A stretch of DNA of 64,000 nt from an uncultured Bacillota bacterium (GCA_946611195.1 CAMODB010000002.1:16301-80300); one strand, 5' to 3'; counted from the stretch's first letter, positions 9,440-21,888 are shown. A program made the numbers and translations. Notes: generated by a model not told the origin, from the letters alone.

Positions 9440-9775
9440 TTATTCTTTTATTTCTTCTTTTGAATTTTTAAGATATTGTCTTAATTTATCAGACGCAAGA
9501 ATCGAAGCTAAACCTTGAATGATCCCCGCAATCGAAAAGATCATCGCTAAAATTGATAATACAACAGGAATCGGTTTTAATTTTTTATAAATTAAAAACA
9601 TTAATAAGGTATTAACTCCTATTTGCAAAACCCCTGTTACAATTAAGACTATCATATAATTTAAATCAAAGAATTTCCAAACAAAATAGCCAATGATACC
9701 TATTAAGATAACTACAAGGCATAGACCATAAACCACGTAAAATAGGCTTTTATAAGCTTTAAATGAATTATTCAA
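9440..9775 (-). CDS. Small hypothetical membrane protein (3 predicted TM helices)
   Basis: 111-aa hydrophobic ORF; no recognisable family. Confidence 0.5.
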   Translation of the reverse strand: MNNSFKAYKSLFYVVYGLCLVVILIGIIGYFVWKFFDLNYMIVLIVTGVLQIGVNTLLMFLIYKKLKPIPVVLSILAMIFSIAGIIQGLASILASDKLRQYLKNSKEEIKE

Positions 9776-9793
9776 TTCTATATCCTCCTTATA

Positions 9794-10897
9794 TTATGCG
9801 ATAGTAGATTGAATATAATTACCACGTTTAATATCTACTTTCGCAACCGTAATAAATGCATCTTTATCCACACTACGAACAATTTCTGTATATTTAGGAA
9901 TTTCAAAGCGTGATGCATAAATAACAATCGAAGTTTTTTCTAAGCCTGTAAAACCACCAATACATGTATAAATAGTCATACCATGATGGATGTTCGCAAG
10001 AAGTGTATCCCGCATTTCATTTTCTTTTTCTTTCGACGTAATTATTTCAATACGATTAATCTTATAGGCATTATAAGTTAAATCAATGGTTTTCGTATAA
10101 GCAATAAGTCTAATTAAAGTGTATAAGACATTTTCTACACTAAAGATACCAGACAGTGCGATAATTACTCCATCAACTAAAGCACTGATTTTGGTAAAAG
10201 ATACTTTTCTTTTTACTTGTAAATAATTGGCAATAATATCCATACCACCAGTTGAACCACCATATTTTAAACATAAAGCAGCTCCATAACCAGTTACAAT
10301 ACCACCAAAAATAGCTAACAATAATCGTGTTCCTGGTAACATACTATTACCAAATTCAGCTACTTCTGGTACTACTTCATTAATTCCTTTAAAGAAGCGG
10401 AAACTACCGCTCTTAATGGTATCAAAGATTCCTCCACCAACTCCCGCTGTTCCATTATTAATAGCTTCTAACATTTCTTTACTATTAGTAATTAAATAAA
10501 CAAACGGACTAATTGTAAAGGCTGATATTAAATTCAAAAAGATGGTTTGGGTAATAATGGAAACAAGAGTAAGTAACGCAAATCTTTTACTTAAGCCTTT
10601 CCAACTAAAGACAAGTAATGGCACATTGATTAACATAACAAATGTACCTAAGTTATTACTTAAGAAATTAGCTACATCTTCATTATTACCATATTTACCA
10701 AATAAACCAACTATTAATTGAGAAATACCAGTAGCTCCACCTGAATAAAAGCCACATAGAAGGAGAATCCAAGATACACCAAAGGCGTAAATAATGGAAC
10801 CAAGAATTACTTTAAAATAATAATTAACGGTCTTCTTTCGATCTATTTTTCTTTTTTCTTCCGGAGTCATTTCTACATAACGAACTTTATTATCCAT
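9794..10897 (-). CDS. YitT family membrane protein (DUF2179 C-terminal domain)
   Basis: 367 aa, polytopic, with GGTGG/GSTGG motifs and a soluble C-terminal domain typical of YitT/YpjC-type proteins. Confidence 0.7.
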   Translation of the reverse strand: MDNKVRYVEMTPEEKRKIDRKKTVNYYFKVILGSIIYAFGVSWILLLCGFYSGGATGISQLIVGLFGKYGNNEDVANFLSNNLGTFVMLINVPLLVFSWKGLSKRFALLTLVSIITQTIFLNLISAFTISPFVYLITNSKEMLEAINNGTAGVGGGIFDTIKSGSFRFFKGINEVVPEVAEFGNSMLPGTRLLLAIFGGIVTGYGAALCLKYGGSTGGMDIIANYLQVKRKVSFTKISALVDGVIIALSGIFSVENVLYTLIRLIAYTKTIDLTYNAYKINRIEIITSKEKENEMRDTLLANIHHGMTIYTCIGGFTGLEKTSIVIYASRFEIPKYTEIVRSVDKDAFITVAKVDIKRGNYIQSTIA

Positions 10898-10898
10898 A

Positions 10899-12818
10899 TT
10901 ATCTTACACTTGCGCCGCTTTCAGCATCTTTAACTGTAACAATTTCTAAATTCTTACCATCTTCTGCACATAGAACCATACCATTAGATTCTACACCACG
11001 AATAATGGCTTTTTTTAGATTTGTTACCACTATAACTTTTTTACCAACAAATTCTTCAGGTTGATAATATTTTGCGATACCAGAAACAATTTGTCTTACT
11101 TCATTACCGATTTTAATCTTCGACACTAATAATTTATCCGCATTTTCATGTTTCTTACATTCTAAGACAACACCAACTTTTAATTCTACTTTGCTAAAAT
11201 CTTCAATGCTGATTTCATTAATTTCTTTAACTTCTTCTTTTACTTCTTTTGTTTCATTTAAAGTTGAAAAATAAGCTAATTCTTTACTTACATCTAAACG
11301 ATCAAATAAATGTTCAATCTTATGTAATTGATGATTTTTATAATCATGACCAAATTTTAAATCAACAAAAGTATTAGAATTAACATTTAAAGCATCTAAA
11401 ACAATTTTTGAAGTCTTAACTAAATATGGACTTGCTAAAACAGTTGCAATTCGAATTACTTCTATTAAATGATACATTACACTTGCAAGTTCATCTTTTC
11501 TATTTTCATCTTTTACTAAAGACCAAGGCGTAGTTTCATCAATATATTTATTAGCTCTTCTAATTAATTCCCAAGTCTTTTCCACCGCATCTTGTAATCT
11601 AAATTCTGTGAAAGCTTTATTAACTTCTGCAATTACTTCACTGATTTTATCTTCAAGATTTTTGTCAAAAGCTGTTTCTTTATAATTAGCTGGAATGATA
11701 GAATTAAAATATTTATCAACCATAGAAAATGTACGCGATACTAAATTACCATAATCATTTACTAAATCATTATTATAACGTTCAATAAAACGATCATAAC
11801 TAAATAAGCCATCATTACCTAAAGGCATTTCTTTTACTAAATAATAACGAACACTATCTGAACCATAACGATCATATAAATAATTTGGATATACCGCATT
11901 ACCTCTTGATTTACTCATTTTACCATCACGAGCTAGTATCCAGCCATGAGCAATAAGTTTAAAATTAAGTGGTAAATCAAGAGCCATTAACATGATAGGC
12001 CAATATACCGCATGGAATCTTAAAATATCTTTACCAATAACATGATAAGTATTAACACCACTTAACCAATAATCTTTAAATTTTTGATCATCTTCTTGTA
12101 GATATCCTAGAGCACTAATATAATTCGTTAGCGCATCAATCCAAACATAAACAACATGTTTAGGATTAGATAAAACAGGAATACCCCATTTAAAACTAGT
12201 TCTTGATACACATAAATCATCTAAACCTGATTCAATGAAAGAAACCACTTCATTCTTTCTAGTTTCAGGCATAATAAAATCAGGATGATCTTTGATATAT
12301 TTTAATAATCTATCTTGATATTTACTAAGACGTAAGAAATAAGCTTCTTCCGATACTATTTTAGTTGGCTTTCCACAATCTGGACAAGTACCATCTTCAT
12401 TAAGTTGAGTCTTAGTAAAGAAAGTTTCACATGATACACAATAAGCACCACTATATGAACCTAAATAGATATCATCTTGTTTAAGTAATCTTTCAAAGAT
12501 TTGTTGAACTGTTTTGACATGATTTTCATCCGTAGTTCTTATAAAATAATCATAAGAAATATCTAAATCCTTCCAAACAGCTTTGGCTTTTGCAGCAATA
12601 CCATCTACAAAGTCTTGCGGTTTAAGACCCGCTTCCTTTGCTTTTTCTTCAATCTTTTGACCATGTTCATCCATTCCAGTTAAATAGAATGTTTCATGAT
12701 TAGATTGACGATGATAACGTGCAAAGACATCACAAGCCACCGTTGAATAAGAATTACCTAGTTGGGGTGTACCACTAGCATAATAAATCGGTGTTGTTAC
12801 AAAACATTTTTTACACAT
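10899..12818 (-). CDS. metG: Methionine--tRNA ligase with C-terminal Trbp111/EMAP tRNA-binding domain
   Basis: 639 aa with the KMSKSRGN motif, a CPDCG zinc knuckle, and a C-terminal VGVVLECKKHENADKLLVSKI OB-fold. Confidence 0.97.
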   Translation of the reverse strand: MCKKCFVTTPIYYASGTPQLGNSYSTVACDVFARYHRQSNHETFYLTGMDEHGQKIEEKAKEAGLKPQDFVDGIAAKAKAVWKDLDISYDYFIRTTDENHVKTVQQIFERLLKQDDIYLGSYSGAYCVSCETFFTKTQLNEDGTCPDCGKPTKIVSEEAYFLRLSKYQDRLLKYIKDHPDFIMPETRKNEVVSFIESGLDDLCVSRTSFKWGIPVLSNPKHVVYVWIDALTNYISALGYLQEDDQKFKDYWLSGVNTYHVIGKDILRFHAVYWPIMLMALDLPLNFKLIAHGWILARDGKMSKSRGNAVYPNYLYDRYGSDSVRYYLVKEMPLGNDGLFSYDRFIERYNNDLVNDYGNLVSRTFSMVDKYFNSIIPANYKETAFDKNLEDKISEVIAEVNKAFTEFRLQDAVEKTWELIRRANKYIDETTPWSLVKDENRKDELASVMYHLIEVIRIATVLASPYLVKTSKIVLDALNVNSNTFVDLKFGHDYKNHQLHKIEHLFDRLDVSKELAYFSTLNETKEVKEEVKEINEISIEDFSKVELKVGVVLECKKHENADKLLVSKIKIGNEVRQIVSGIAKYYQPEEFVGKKVIVVTNLKKAIIRGVESNGMVLCAEDGKNLEIVTVKDAESGASVR

Positions 12819-12827
12819 AATAACCTC

Positions 12828-13799
12828 TTATTTACTAGCGTTAGTATTTACTTCTACAGCGTATTTACGGAAAATATTTTTTGTCATCTTAAAGCTTTCT
12901 TCAATTTCAATTGGCACGATTTCATTATGTTGTAAGCCTAAAACAATTCCTGAATTACCAGCTAATAATTCTTGAACTGCTACTACCCCAAAACGAGTAG
13001 CTAAAACACGGTCAAATGGAGTTGGAATACCACCTCTTTGAATATGACCAAGAATAGTAGCTCGAGAATCAAAACCTGTTTCATCTTTAATTTTCTTCGC
13101 TAAGGCATCAACATCAGTGATATGTTCTGTAAAGACAATTAAGATATGACGACGTTGTTGTTCTTTTGCTCTATTAACGACTTCCATTACACGTTCTACT
13201 GTATAACCAGTTTCACTAGTAACGATTAAATCACAACCTCCAGCAACACCAGCAGCATACGCAATATCACCACAATGACGTCCCATTACTTCAATAATTG
13301 AACATCTTTGATGTGAATTAGAAGTATCTCTTAATTTATCAATACATTCAACGGCTGTATTAACAGCTGTATCGAAACCAATAGTAATTTCCGATGACGC
13401 AATATCATTATCAATAGTTCCAGGAATACCAACACAATGAATACCTAAATCATGTAATCTTTTTGCACCACGATATGTACCATCACCGCCGATAACTACT
13501 AACGCATCAATACCTAATTTCTTTAAATTATCAGCACCTTTTTTTGTTACTTCCATATCTGCAAATTCAGGTAAACGAGCTGTGCCTAAAATTGTACCAC
13601 CACGATTGATAATATTAGTAACGGAACCTCTAGTTAAAGGACGAATATCATTTTGAACTAGTCCTAAATAACCATTATAAACACCATATACTTCTAAACC
13701 ATTATTAATTCCGCTTCTCACTATCGCTCTAATCGCAGCATTCATTCCTGGGGCATCACCACCAGAAGTTAAAACTGCAATTTTATGTATTTTTTTCAT
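12828..13799 (-). CDS. pfkA: ATP-dependent 6-phosphofructokinase
   Basis: 323 aa with IAVLTSGGDAPGMNAAIRA and GIPGTIDND. Confidence 0.97.
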   Translation of the reverse strand: MKKIHKIAVLTSGGDAPGMNAAIRAIVRSGINNGLEVYGVYNGYLGLVQNDIRPLTRGSVTNIINRGGTILGTARLPEFADMEVTKKGADNLKKLGIDALVVIGGDGTYRGAKRLHDLGIHCVGIPGTIDNDIASSEITIGFDTAVNTAVECIDKLRDTSNSHQRCSIIEVMGRHCGDIAYAAGVAGGCDLIVTSETGYTVERVMEVVNRAKEQQRRHILIVFTEHITDVDALAKKIKDETGFDSRATILGHIQRGGIPTPFDRVLATRFGVVAVQELLAGNSGIVLGLQHNEIVPIEIEESFKMTKNIFRKYAVEVNTNASK

Positions 13800-13812
13800 A
13801 GTATTCCTCTTT

Positions 13813-16236
13813 CTATTTTAATTTTTCTAAATGCCAAATATTCTTAGCGTATTCTTCAATACAACGGTCTCCAGCAAAAATACCAGCTTCCGCAATATTA
13901 ATTAATGACATCTTAGCAAATTCTTTCTTATTTCGATAAGTATGATCCATTTTATTATACACTTGAATATAATTTTCATAATCCGCAAAACACATATATT
14001 GATCAGCTACCGGACCAAGATATAATAAATAATTAACAATATTATTAAAGCTCTTTCCCGCAAAACCTTTTTTAAGTCGTTCAATAATTTTCATTAAACT
14101 GCTTGAATTATTATAATAATATAATGAATTATAACCAGCATTCCATAAATTATTAACTTCTTTAGCTGATAAACCAAAGATAAAGATATTATCACTGCCA
14201 ACCGCATCATGGATTTCGACATTAGCTCCATCCATAGTACCAAAAGTAATTGCCCCATTAATCATAAATTTCATATTGCTTGTTCCACTAGCTTCTTTAC
14301 CAGCTAAACTGATTTGTTCGCTAATTTCACTTGCGGGGATTAATTTTTCCGCTGTTGTGACACAATAATCTTCGACAAAGACTACATTAAGTTTCTTCTT
14401 AATTTCTGGATGCATATCCAAATCTTTAGAAATATAATTGATTAATTCGATTACTTCTTTCGCATGATAATATCCAGGAGCTGCTTTTGCACCAAAGATA
14501 TAAGTTTGTGGAGTAATTTCTAAATTAGGATTTTCAATTAATAAATTATATAATTCAATAATTTTTAAGACATTTAATAATTGTCTCTTATAAGCATGTA
14601 ATCTTTTAACTTGCGAATCAAAACGCGTTTTAGGATCAATAATTGTTCCTTGTTTTTTCTTAAGCCAATTACTAAATTCTACTTTATTGTCTTCTTTAAT
14701 GGCTAATAATTTCTTTAAGACTTCATCATCATCTTCATATTTACGGAAATCTTTTAATTTGGATGCATCTTTATACCAATCATGACCGATTGTTTCATCA
14801 AGTAATTGGGATAATCCTGGATTAGATTGATGTAACCAACGACGATGTGAGATACCATTAGTAACATTAGTGAATTTCTCTGGTGTTAATTCATAGAAAT
14901 CTTTAAAAGTTTCTTTCTTTATGATTTCACTATGTAAACTTGATACACCATTAACATGATGACTAGCTAAAATACTTAGATTAGCCATTCTAAAATGATT
15001 ATCCATAATTAAAGATAGACTAGCAGCTTTATCCCAGTTATTAGGATATTTACGCCATACTTGTTCCATAAAACGCTTATTAATTTCTTGTAAGATTTGA
15101 TAAATTCTTGGAAGAGTTCTTAACACTAAATCTAAATTCCAAGTTTCAAGTGCTTCAGCCATAACTGTATGATTAGTATAAGCTACTGTTTTAGTAACAA
15201 TATCCCAAGCTTCATCCCAACCAAGTTCTAAATCATCCATTAAGATTCTCATCATTTCGGGAATACATAAAGCAGGATGGGTATCATTAATATGAATAGC
15301 CGCTTTGGTTGGTAAAGTATGAATATCCCCATAACGTTTTAAATGGTCATTAATGATATTTTGAACAGAGGCTGATACTAAGAAATATTGTTGTTTAAGT
15401 CTTAAAGTCTTACCTTGAGAATGATCATCCGATGGATATAATACTTTAGTTATTACTTCAGCTTGACTAGCTTTTTCCATTGCTTTAAAATAATCACCTT
15501 GGGAGAATGACTTCATATCAAAAGTACTAATTGCTCTTGATTGCCATAAACGAAGAGTAGTTACAATATCGGAACCACCACCAGAAATAAGTAAATCATA
15601 AGGCATTGCTTCAATGACTGAATCATCATGATATTCAACCTTCATTTTACCATTTTCAAATTTTTCCGTTACCCATCCACCAAAACGAACCTTTAGTACT
15701 CTATCGGAACGAGGTACTAACCAAACTTCACCACCTGGTAACCAAACATCAGGCATTTCTGTTTGCCAACCATCAACTATTTTTTGTCTAAAAAGGCCAT
15801 ATTCATAACGTAAGGAAAAGCCCATAGCTGGATAATTAAGACTAGCTAAACTGTCCATAAAACAAGCCGCTAAACGTCCTAAACCACCATTACCTAAACC
15901 GGCATCTGGTTCTAATTCATATAATTCATCCAAATCAATATTTTCATCAGCTAAAGTTTTTTTGTATTGTTCAACAATTCCTAAATTATAAAGATTTGTT
16001 TTTAAACTTCTACCAACTAAGAATTCCATGCATAAATAATAAACACGTTTCTTTTGTTGTTGTTTCATCTTTTTATTAAATTGTCGTTTTTCTTCTAATA
16101 AAATATCAAGAACTGTCATACTTACAGCTTTATATAATTGTTCTTTGGATGCATCTTTAAAATTAACACCAAAATAACGATTTAATTTTTCTTCAATATT
16201 ATTCTTGATTTCTTTATTGGTTATTGAATAAGCCAT
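13813..16236 (-). CDS. glgP: Glycogen/alpha-glucan phosphorylase
   Basis: 807 aa with the EASGTSNMKFMINGA pyridoxal-phosphate lysine motif. Confidence 0.97.
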   Translation of the reverse strand: MAYSITNKEIKNNIEEKLNRYFGVNFKDASKEQLYKAVSMTVLDILLEEKRQFNKKMKQQQKKRVYYLCMEFLVGRSLKTNLYNLGIVEQYKKTLADENIDLDELYELEPDAGLGNGGLGRLAACFMDSLASLNYPAMGFSLRYEYGLFRQKIVDGWQTEMPDVWLPGGEVWLVPRSDRVLKVRFGGWVTEKFENGKMKVEYHDDSVIEAMPYDLLISGGGSDIVTTLRLWQSRAISTFDMKSFSQGDYFKAMEKASQAEVITKVLYPSDDHSQGKTLRLKQQYFLVSASVQNIINDHLKRYGDIHTLPTKAAIHINDTHPALCIPEMMRILMDDLELGWDEAWDIVTKTVAYTNHTVMAEALETWNLDLVLRTLPRIYQILQEINKRFMEQVWRKYPNNWDKAASLSLIMDNHFRMANLSILASHHVNGVSSLHSEIIKKETFKDFYELTPEKFTNVTNGISHRRWLHQSNPGLSQLLDETIGHDWYKDASKLKDFRKYEDDDEVLKKLLAIKEDNKVEFSNWLKKKQGTIIDPKTRFDSQVKRLHAYKRQLLNVLKIIELYNLLIENPNLEITPQTYIFGAKAAPGYYHAKEVIELINYISKDLDMHPEIKKKLNVVFVEDYCVTTAEKLIPASEISEQISLAGKEASGTSNMKFMINGAITFGTMDGANVEIHDAVGSDNIFIFGLSAKEVNNLWNAGYNSLYYYNNSSSLMKIIERLKKGFAGKSFNNIVNYLLYLGPVADQYMCFADYENYIQVYNKMDHTYRNKKEFAKMSLINIAEAGIFAGDRCIEEYAKNIWHLEKLK

Positions 16237-16288
16237 ATTTCCTCCAGTGAGGTAATTAGATAAAAATATTTAATTAATTATTATCTAA

Positions 16289-17731
16289 TTACATCAGAAT
16301 CTTTTTATATAAATCTAAATATACTTTAGCGGATTTATCCCAACTAAAATCTATTTGCATAACTTTCTTAATTTTATTATTCCAATCATCGTTTTTATAA
16401 TCATCAAGGGCTCTAAAAACCATTTCTTTTAAAGAATTAGGTTCCATTCCTTCAAAAGTATAACCATTACCACATTCTAAAGAAAAATCTTTAATGGAAT
16501 CTTTTAAACCACCGGTAACTCTTACCATAGGAATTGTACCATAACGTGATGCGATCATTTGACTTAAGCCACATGGTTCTGATGCTGATGGCATTAAGAA
16601 TAAATCACAGCCAGCATAAATTCGACGGGCAAGACCTTGATCAAAAGCTAAAATAGTTTTTATTTTATCTGGATATTTATTTTCTAAATCTTTAAAGAAA
16701 TTTTCAAAATATTCATCGCCTGTGCCAAGAATTACCATTTGTAAATCTTTTTGTAAAATTTGTTCACAACACTTAGATAAAATATTTAACCCTTTATGAG
16801 CTACAAGACGTGTAACCATACCAATTAATGGTACATTCTTTTCTTTTAAACCAATTTCTTTTTGTAAATAAGTTTTATTGATTTTCTTATTTTCTATATT
16901 ATCAGAATTAAATTTACTAACAATATTTTTATCTGTTTCTGGATTATAGAATTCATAATCAATACCGTTTAAGATACCTAATACTTTACCTTCAAGGCTT
17001 GCTTTTTTAATTATATCTTCTAAACCATGAGCAAAAGCTGCATCTTTGATTTCTTCCGCATAACTAGGACTAACAGTTGAAACAATATTAGATGTTTCAA
17101 TAGCCCCTTTCATAATATTTAACATACCATGATATTCAAGAAGATAACTATCATTTTTATCAATACCAAATACATCTTCAATAAAATTATTATCTTGACT
17201 AAAGATGCCTTGATATTCAATATTATGAATAGTAAAAATACGTTTTAATTGTTTGAATTCATTTTTATAATAATAATGGGTTCTAAGGTAAACCGGAACC
17301 ATTCCCGTTTGCCAATCATGACAATGAATAATATTTGGATATTCTTTAAGTCTAATTATTACTTCAATAACGGCTTTGGAAAAGAAAGCGAATCTTTCCG
17401 CATCATCAAAATAACCATAGAGTTTATCTCTTTTAAAATAATATTCATTATCGATAAAATAGAATTTAACACCTTTATAAGAACATTGATAAATACCACA
17501 ATATTGTTTACGCCAACTTAAGTCAACCGTAAAACTATCGATAAATTTTAATTTAGTGGCCATATCTTTAGAAATTGAGGCATATAAAGGTAAATAAACA
17601 CTTACTTCAAATTCTTTATTTGATTCACTAATTAAACGTTTAGGTAAGCTACCTATAACTTCTCCTAGACCTCCAGAAGTAAAGAAGGGTTGACATTCAC
17701 TAGCGACAAACGCAATTCTCTTTTTCTTCAT
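16289..17731 (-). CDS. glgA: Glycogen synthase (ADP-glucose type)
   Basis: 480 aa with the N-terminal motif ECQPFFTSGGLGEV and a GT5 family pattern. Confidence 0.95.
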   Translation of the reverse strand: MKKKRIAFVASECQPFFTSGGLGEVIGSLPKRLISESNKEFEVSVYLPLYASISKDMATKLKFIDSFTVDLSWRKQYCGIYQCSYKGVKFYFIDNEYYFKRDKLYGYFDDAERFAFFSKAVIEVIIRLKEYPNIIHCHDWQTGMVPVYLRTHYYYKNEFKQLKRIFTIHNIEYQGIFSQDNNFIEDVFGIDKNDSYLLEYHGMLNIMKGAIETSNIVSTVSPSYAEEIKDAAFAHGLEDIIKKASLEGKVLGILNGIDYEFYNPETDKNIVSKFNSDNIENKKINKTYLQKEIGLKEKNVPLIGMVTRLVAHKGLNILSKCCEQILQKDLQMVILGTGDEYFENFFKDLENKYPDKIKTILAFDQGLARRIYAGCDLFLMPSASEPCGLSQMIASRYGTIPMVRVTGGLKDSIKDFSLECGNGYTFEGMEPNSLKEMVFRALDDYKNDDWNNKIKKVMQIDFSWDKSAKVYLDLYKKILM

Positions 17732-17749
17732 TTTTTATTTCCTTGTTAA

Positions 17750-18868
17750 TTAGACTGTTTGATATTTACCTAAATAATAAGGTACTTCTTCACAGCCAGA
17801 TAAATTATTATTTTCTCTAATAGTAACATTCTTATCTGTTACGACATGATCAAGTGTTACTTTATTTTCAACGATGGTATCTTGCATCAAAATACTATTT
17901 TTAACAACCGCACCTTTAGCAATTTTTACCCCTCTAAAGATAATAGAATTGATTACTTGACCTTCAATAATACAACCATCCGCAATAAAGCAATTTTCGA
18001 CTTTCGCATTATCGCCATAACGAGTAGGTGCACTATCACGAACTTTTGTATAAATCTTTCTTTCTTCATCACCAAAGAGTTCATTTCTTACTTTTTCATC
18101 TAAAAGTAACATATTAGCTTTAAAATAATTAGCCATTGAACTCATCTTTAGATAGATTTTATCATAATTATAACCATACATCTTAAGTGATTTATAATTA
18201 CCATAAATAACATCTTGGGTAAAACTCTTAGCACCTGTAACAAGGGCATCAGATAATAATGATACTAAAAGTGATTTGGAAATAACCGTAATATTTAAAT
18301 GTACATTTGCTTTAGAACCAGGTTTAGAATGTAAATTGATTTTTTCTACTATTCCTTCACTATTTACATTTAAAGATAAATTATGATATAAATCACTAGT
18401 TACATTTAAAGTTTTATAAACTAAAGTGATATCAGCACCACTTTCTTTATGTTTCTTTAGAACATCATTATAATCAACGATATTAACACTATCCGAATCA
18501 GTTAAGACAAAATAATCAACTTTCGCTTTAGTGATATAACCGCTAACACTTTGTAATGCTTCAAAACGATTTTCATATAAGAAATCACTACGATGAGAAG
18601 AGAAAGGAGGGAAAATGATTAAACCACCATTTTTTCTTGATAAATCCCAATCTTTACCACTACCAACGTGATCCATTAAGGATTGATAATTCTTTTGGGT
18701 AAGAATACCAATATCAGTGATATCCGCATAAAGGAAATTAGATAAAGTAAAATCGATTAAACGATAACGAGCACCAAAAGGAATTGATGCGGAAGTACGT
18801 TTTCTAGTTAATTCATCAATAGTTTCATTATGGATACTAGAAAAAATAATAGCTGCTACATTACTCAT
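17750..18868 (-). CDS. glgD: Glucose-1-phosphate adenylyltransferase regulatory subunit GlgD
   Basis: 372 aa, a paralogue of GlgC lacking the catalytic GGxGxRL motif. Lies between glgC and glgA as in Bacillus. Confidence 0.9.
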   Translation of the reverse strand: MSNVAAIIFSSIHNETIDELTRKRTSASIPFGARYRLIDFTLSNFLYADITDIGILTQKNYQSLMDHVGSGKDWDLSRKNGGLIIFPPFSSHRSDFLYENRFEALQSVSGYITKAKVDYFVLTDSDSVNIVDYNDVLKKHKESGADITLVYKTLNVTSDLYHNLSLNVNSEGIVEKINLHSKPGSKANVHLNITVISKSLLVSLLSDALVTGAKSFTQDVIYGNYKSLKMYGYNYDKIYLKMSSMANYFKANMLLLDEKVRNELFGDEERKIYTKVRDSAPTRYGDNAKVENCFIADGCIIEGQVINSIIFRGVKIAKGAVVKNSILMQDTIVENKVTLDHVVTDKNVTIRENNNLSGCEEVPYYLGKYQTV

Positions 18869-18869
18869 T

Positions 18870-20057
18870 CTACATTTCCTCCTCTAAATTAGCGCCAGCA
18901 TCAACTGTTGTGCTATTTTTAATTTTGACATTACGACCAATAACGGTAATTTCTTTGCCTTCTTCTTTGGCTAAACCAATTTTACATTTTGCGCCAATTT
19001 TAACATTTTCATCAATAATAGAATATTCTACAACACTATTTTTACCAATAACAGTATCGGAGAAAATAACACTATCTCTAACAATAGCACCTTCTTCAAT
19101 AGTTACATTCTTACCAATGACACTATTGATAATCGTACCATATATTTTTGATCCTGTTGCAACTAACGAATTATGTAATTCACATTTAGGTGCAAAATAA
19201 GCGGGACTAGCCGCATTATTTCTTGAATAGATCTTCCAATTTGTATCATAAATATCAAAATTAGGTTCATTACCTAGTAAATCTTGATTAGCTTCCCAAA
19301 GTGAAGAAATTGTACCTACATCTTTCCAATAACCTTCGAATGGATATGCTATCATTTTCATACCCTCATTTAACATAGTTGGAATGATGTTTTTACCAAA
19401 GTCATTACTACTTTTTTCATCCATAGCATCTTTTCTTAAATATTCAAATAATTTATCAGTTTTAAAGATATAAATACCCATTGATGCTTTATTACTTTTT
19501 GGATGGGCTGGTTTTTCTTCAAATTCAATAATACGATTATTATCATCAGTATTCATAATACCAAAACGACTTGCTTCTTCAATTGGAACTGTCCGAACAG
19601 CTATCGTACAATCAGCATCATTATTGATATGTTCTTCTAACATCTTTTGATAATCCATCTTATAGATATGATCACCTGAGAGAATTAAAACATGATCGGG
19701 ATGATAATTTTCAATAAAGGGAATATTTTGATAAATAGCATTAGCTGTTCCTTTATACCATTCCATTCTATCTTTAGCTTGATATGGTGGAAGGACATGA
19801 ACACCTCCATATAATCTATCTAAATCCCATGGTTGTCCATTACCAATATATTCATTTAAAATTAATGGTTGATATTGGGTTAGAACACCAACTGTGTCAA
19901 TATCCGAATTAGAACAATTTGATAAAGTAAAATCGATAATTCGATATTTAGAGCCAAAAGATACAGCTGGTTTAGCTACTTTGGTTGTTAAAGCTTTCAA
20001 ACGACTGCCTTGTCCTCCAGCTAATAACATTGCGATACATTTTTTGTGACTATACAT
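18870..20057 (-). CDS. glgC: Glucose-1-phosphate adenylyltransferase
   Basis: 395 aa with [16 protein letters not shown] and a left-handed beta-helix C-terminus. Confidence 0.96.
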   Translation of the reverse strand: MYSHKKCIAMLLAGGQGSRLKALTTKVAKPAVSFGSKYRIIDFTLSNCSNSDIDTVGVLTQYQPLILNEYIGNGQPWDLDRLYGGVHVLPPYQAKDRMEWYKGTANAIYQNIPFIENYHPDHVLILSGDHIYKMDYQKMLEEHINNDADCTIAVRTVPIEEASRFGIMNTDDNNRIIEFEEKPAHPKSNKASMGIYIFKTDKLFEYLRKDAMDEKSSNDFGKNIIPTMLNEGMKMIAYPFEGYWKDVGTISSLWEANQDLLGNEPNFDIYDTNWKIYSRNNAASPAYFAPKCELHNSLVATGSKIYGTIINSVIGKNVTIEEGAIVRDSVIFSDTVIGKNSVVEYSIIDENVKIGAKCKIGLAKEEGKEITVIGRNVKIKNSTTVDAGANLEEEM

Positions 20058-21888
20058 TCTCTACTCTCCTTAATATTACGCCACTATTATATGGCAAATC
20101 TATTACTATTCTTCCATCACAATGAATAATAGTTCCTTCAAGATTCTTCGATCCTGAATATTTAACATCTTCACTACAAAGAATTATTTCATAATCACCA
20201 GGTTCCGCATTAAAACAATATCCTGGCCATTCACAATAAGCAAAATTAATAATTGCAATTAATTTATCATTTCCACATTTTCTGTTGTACGCAAAAACAC
20301 TATGCATTTTATCATCAACTACTAACCAAGAAAAACCATCCCAATAAGTAGTATCATCATAAAGTGCTGGGTGTTGCAAATATATTTTATTCAAATCACG
20401 AATATATTCATTTAATTTTTCATGTTTTTCATAGGCAAGAGAACTCCAATCGAGTTCTTTTTCTTCATTCCATTCATTAAATTGTCCGAACTCATAACCC
20501 ATAAAATTAAGTTTTTTGCCAGGATGCGTCATCATATAAGTTAAATAAGATTTCACACCCGCAAATTTTTGATCATATTGACCAGGCATCTTTTGTAAAA
20601 GACTCTTCTTTAAATGGACTACTTCATCATGACTTAAAGCTAAGATATAATGTTCAGAGAAAATATAAGTTAATTGGAAAGTTATTAAACCAAAATTATC
20701 GCCTCTAAACATTGGATCAGTTTCAATATAACGTAAAGTATCATTCATCCAACCCATATTCCATTTATAATCAAAGCCAAGACCACCTTCTTCTACCTTT
20801 TTAGTGATACCAGCAAAAGCAGTTGATTCTTCCGCAATCATCATAATAGAAGGATCAAATTCTTTAATTTTCGTATTGACTTTTTTTATAAAGGCTAAAG
20901 CTTCTAAATTGATATTATTACCATAGGCATTAGGTATCCATTCTCCAGCTTTTCTACCATAATCTAGATACAGCATTGATGATACCGCATCAACTCTTAA
21001 GCCATCAATATGGAATTTATCACACCAAAAGACAGCATTAGAAACTAAGAAGCTTTGAATTTCACATCTTCCATAATCAAAACATCTCGTTCCCCAATCT
21101 TTATTTTCTTTTCGGTATTCACTAGCTGGTTCATATAATGGACCACCATCAAAATCAATTAGACCATGTTCATCCTTCGTAAAATGACCAGGAACCCAAT
21201 CCATGATTACACCAATATTATTTTGATGCAGGATATCAACAAATTGTCTAAAATTATCTGGCGTACCATATCGCGATGTAACCGCATAATAACCTGTTAC
21301 CTGATAACCCCATGATGGATCATATGGATATTCCGAAAGTGGCATTATTTCCACATGAGTATAATTCATCTTCTTTACATAATCACAAAGTTCATGAGCC
21401 ATTTTCACATAATCAAAGGTATTACCATCTTGATAACGCCGCCATGAACCTAAATGAACTTCATAAATATTTAAAGGTTGATTGTATCTTTGTTTATTTA
21501 TTCGATTCTTCATCCATTCTTCATCATGAAAAACATAATTATTTAAATCGAATACTTTACTAGCTCTTTTGGGGCGTAATTCACTATGATAACCATAAGG
21601 ATCCGTTTTATAAATTAAACGTCCATCATATGTTGTTATCACATATTGATAAGTATCATATTCCTTAACGCCTTTAATTTTTACTTCCCACAAACCATTA
21701 TTGGTAATTCTTTCCATGGGATTTTTAAATAAATCCCAGTTATTAAAATCACCAATAACATTTACAAATTTAGCATTTGGAGCCCAAACACAGAATCTCG
21801 TATATTCTTTTTGGTAATGTGCTCCTAATAACTCATAAGCCTTACTAGTAGTACCTTGATGAAAATAGTAACAAGCTAACTCATCCAT
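20050..21888 (-). CDS. glgB: 1,4-alpha-glucan branching enzyme
   Basis: 612 aa of the GH13 family, with the DGLRVDAV and EES regions. Overlaps glgC by 8 nt. Confidence 0.96.
   Translation of the reverse strand: MDELACYYFHQGTTSKAYELLGAHYQKEYTRFCVWAPNAKFVNVIGDFNNWDLFKNPMERITNNGLWEVKIKGVKEYDTYQYVITTYDGRLIYKTDPYGYHSELRPKRASKVFDLNNYVFHDEEWMKNRINKQRYNQPLNIYEVHLGSWRRYQDGNTFDYVKMAHELCDYVKKMNYTHVEIMPLSEYPYDPSWGYQVTGYYAVTSRYGTPDNFRQFVDILHQNNIGVIMDWVPGHFTKDEHGLIDFDGGPLYEPASEYRKENKDWGTRCFDYGRCEIQSFLVSNAVFWCDKFHIDGLRVDAVSSMLYLDYGRKAGEWIPNAYGNNINLEALAFIKKVNTKIKEFDPSIMMIAEESTAFAGITKKVEEGGLGFDYKWNMGWMNDTLRYIETDPMFRGDNFGLITFQLTYIFSEHYILALSHDEVVHLKKSLLQKMPGQYDQKFAGVKSYLTYMMTHPGKKLNFMGYEFGQFNEWNEEKELDWSSLAYEKHEKLNEYIRDLNKIYLQHPALYDDTTYWDGFSWLVVDDKMHSVFAYNRKCGNDKLIAIINFAYCEWPGYCFNAEPGDYEIILCSEDVKYSGSKNLEGTIIHCDGRIVIDLPYNSGVILRRVENV

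Noticed and set aside
16237-16288. An AT-rich inverted repeat (TTAGATAA...TTATCTAA) between glgP and glgA as an internal terminator of the glg operon.
   Set aside because: The stem is all A/T with a 17-nt loop and no clear U-run, which is too weak to call. glgA-glgP are probably co-transcribed.
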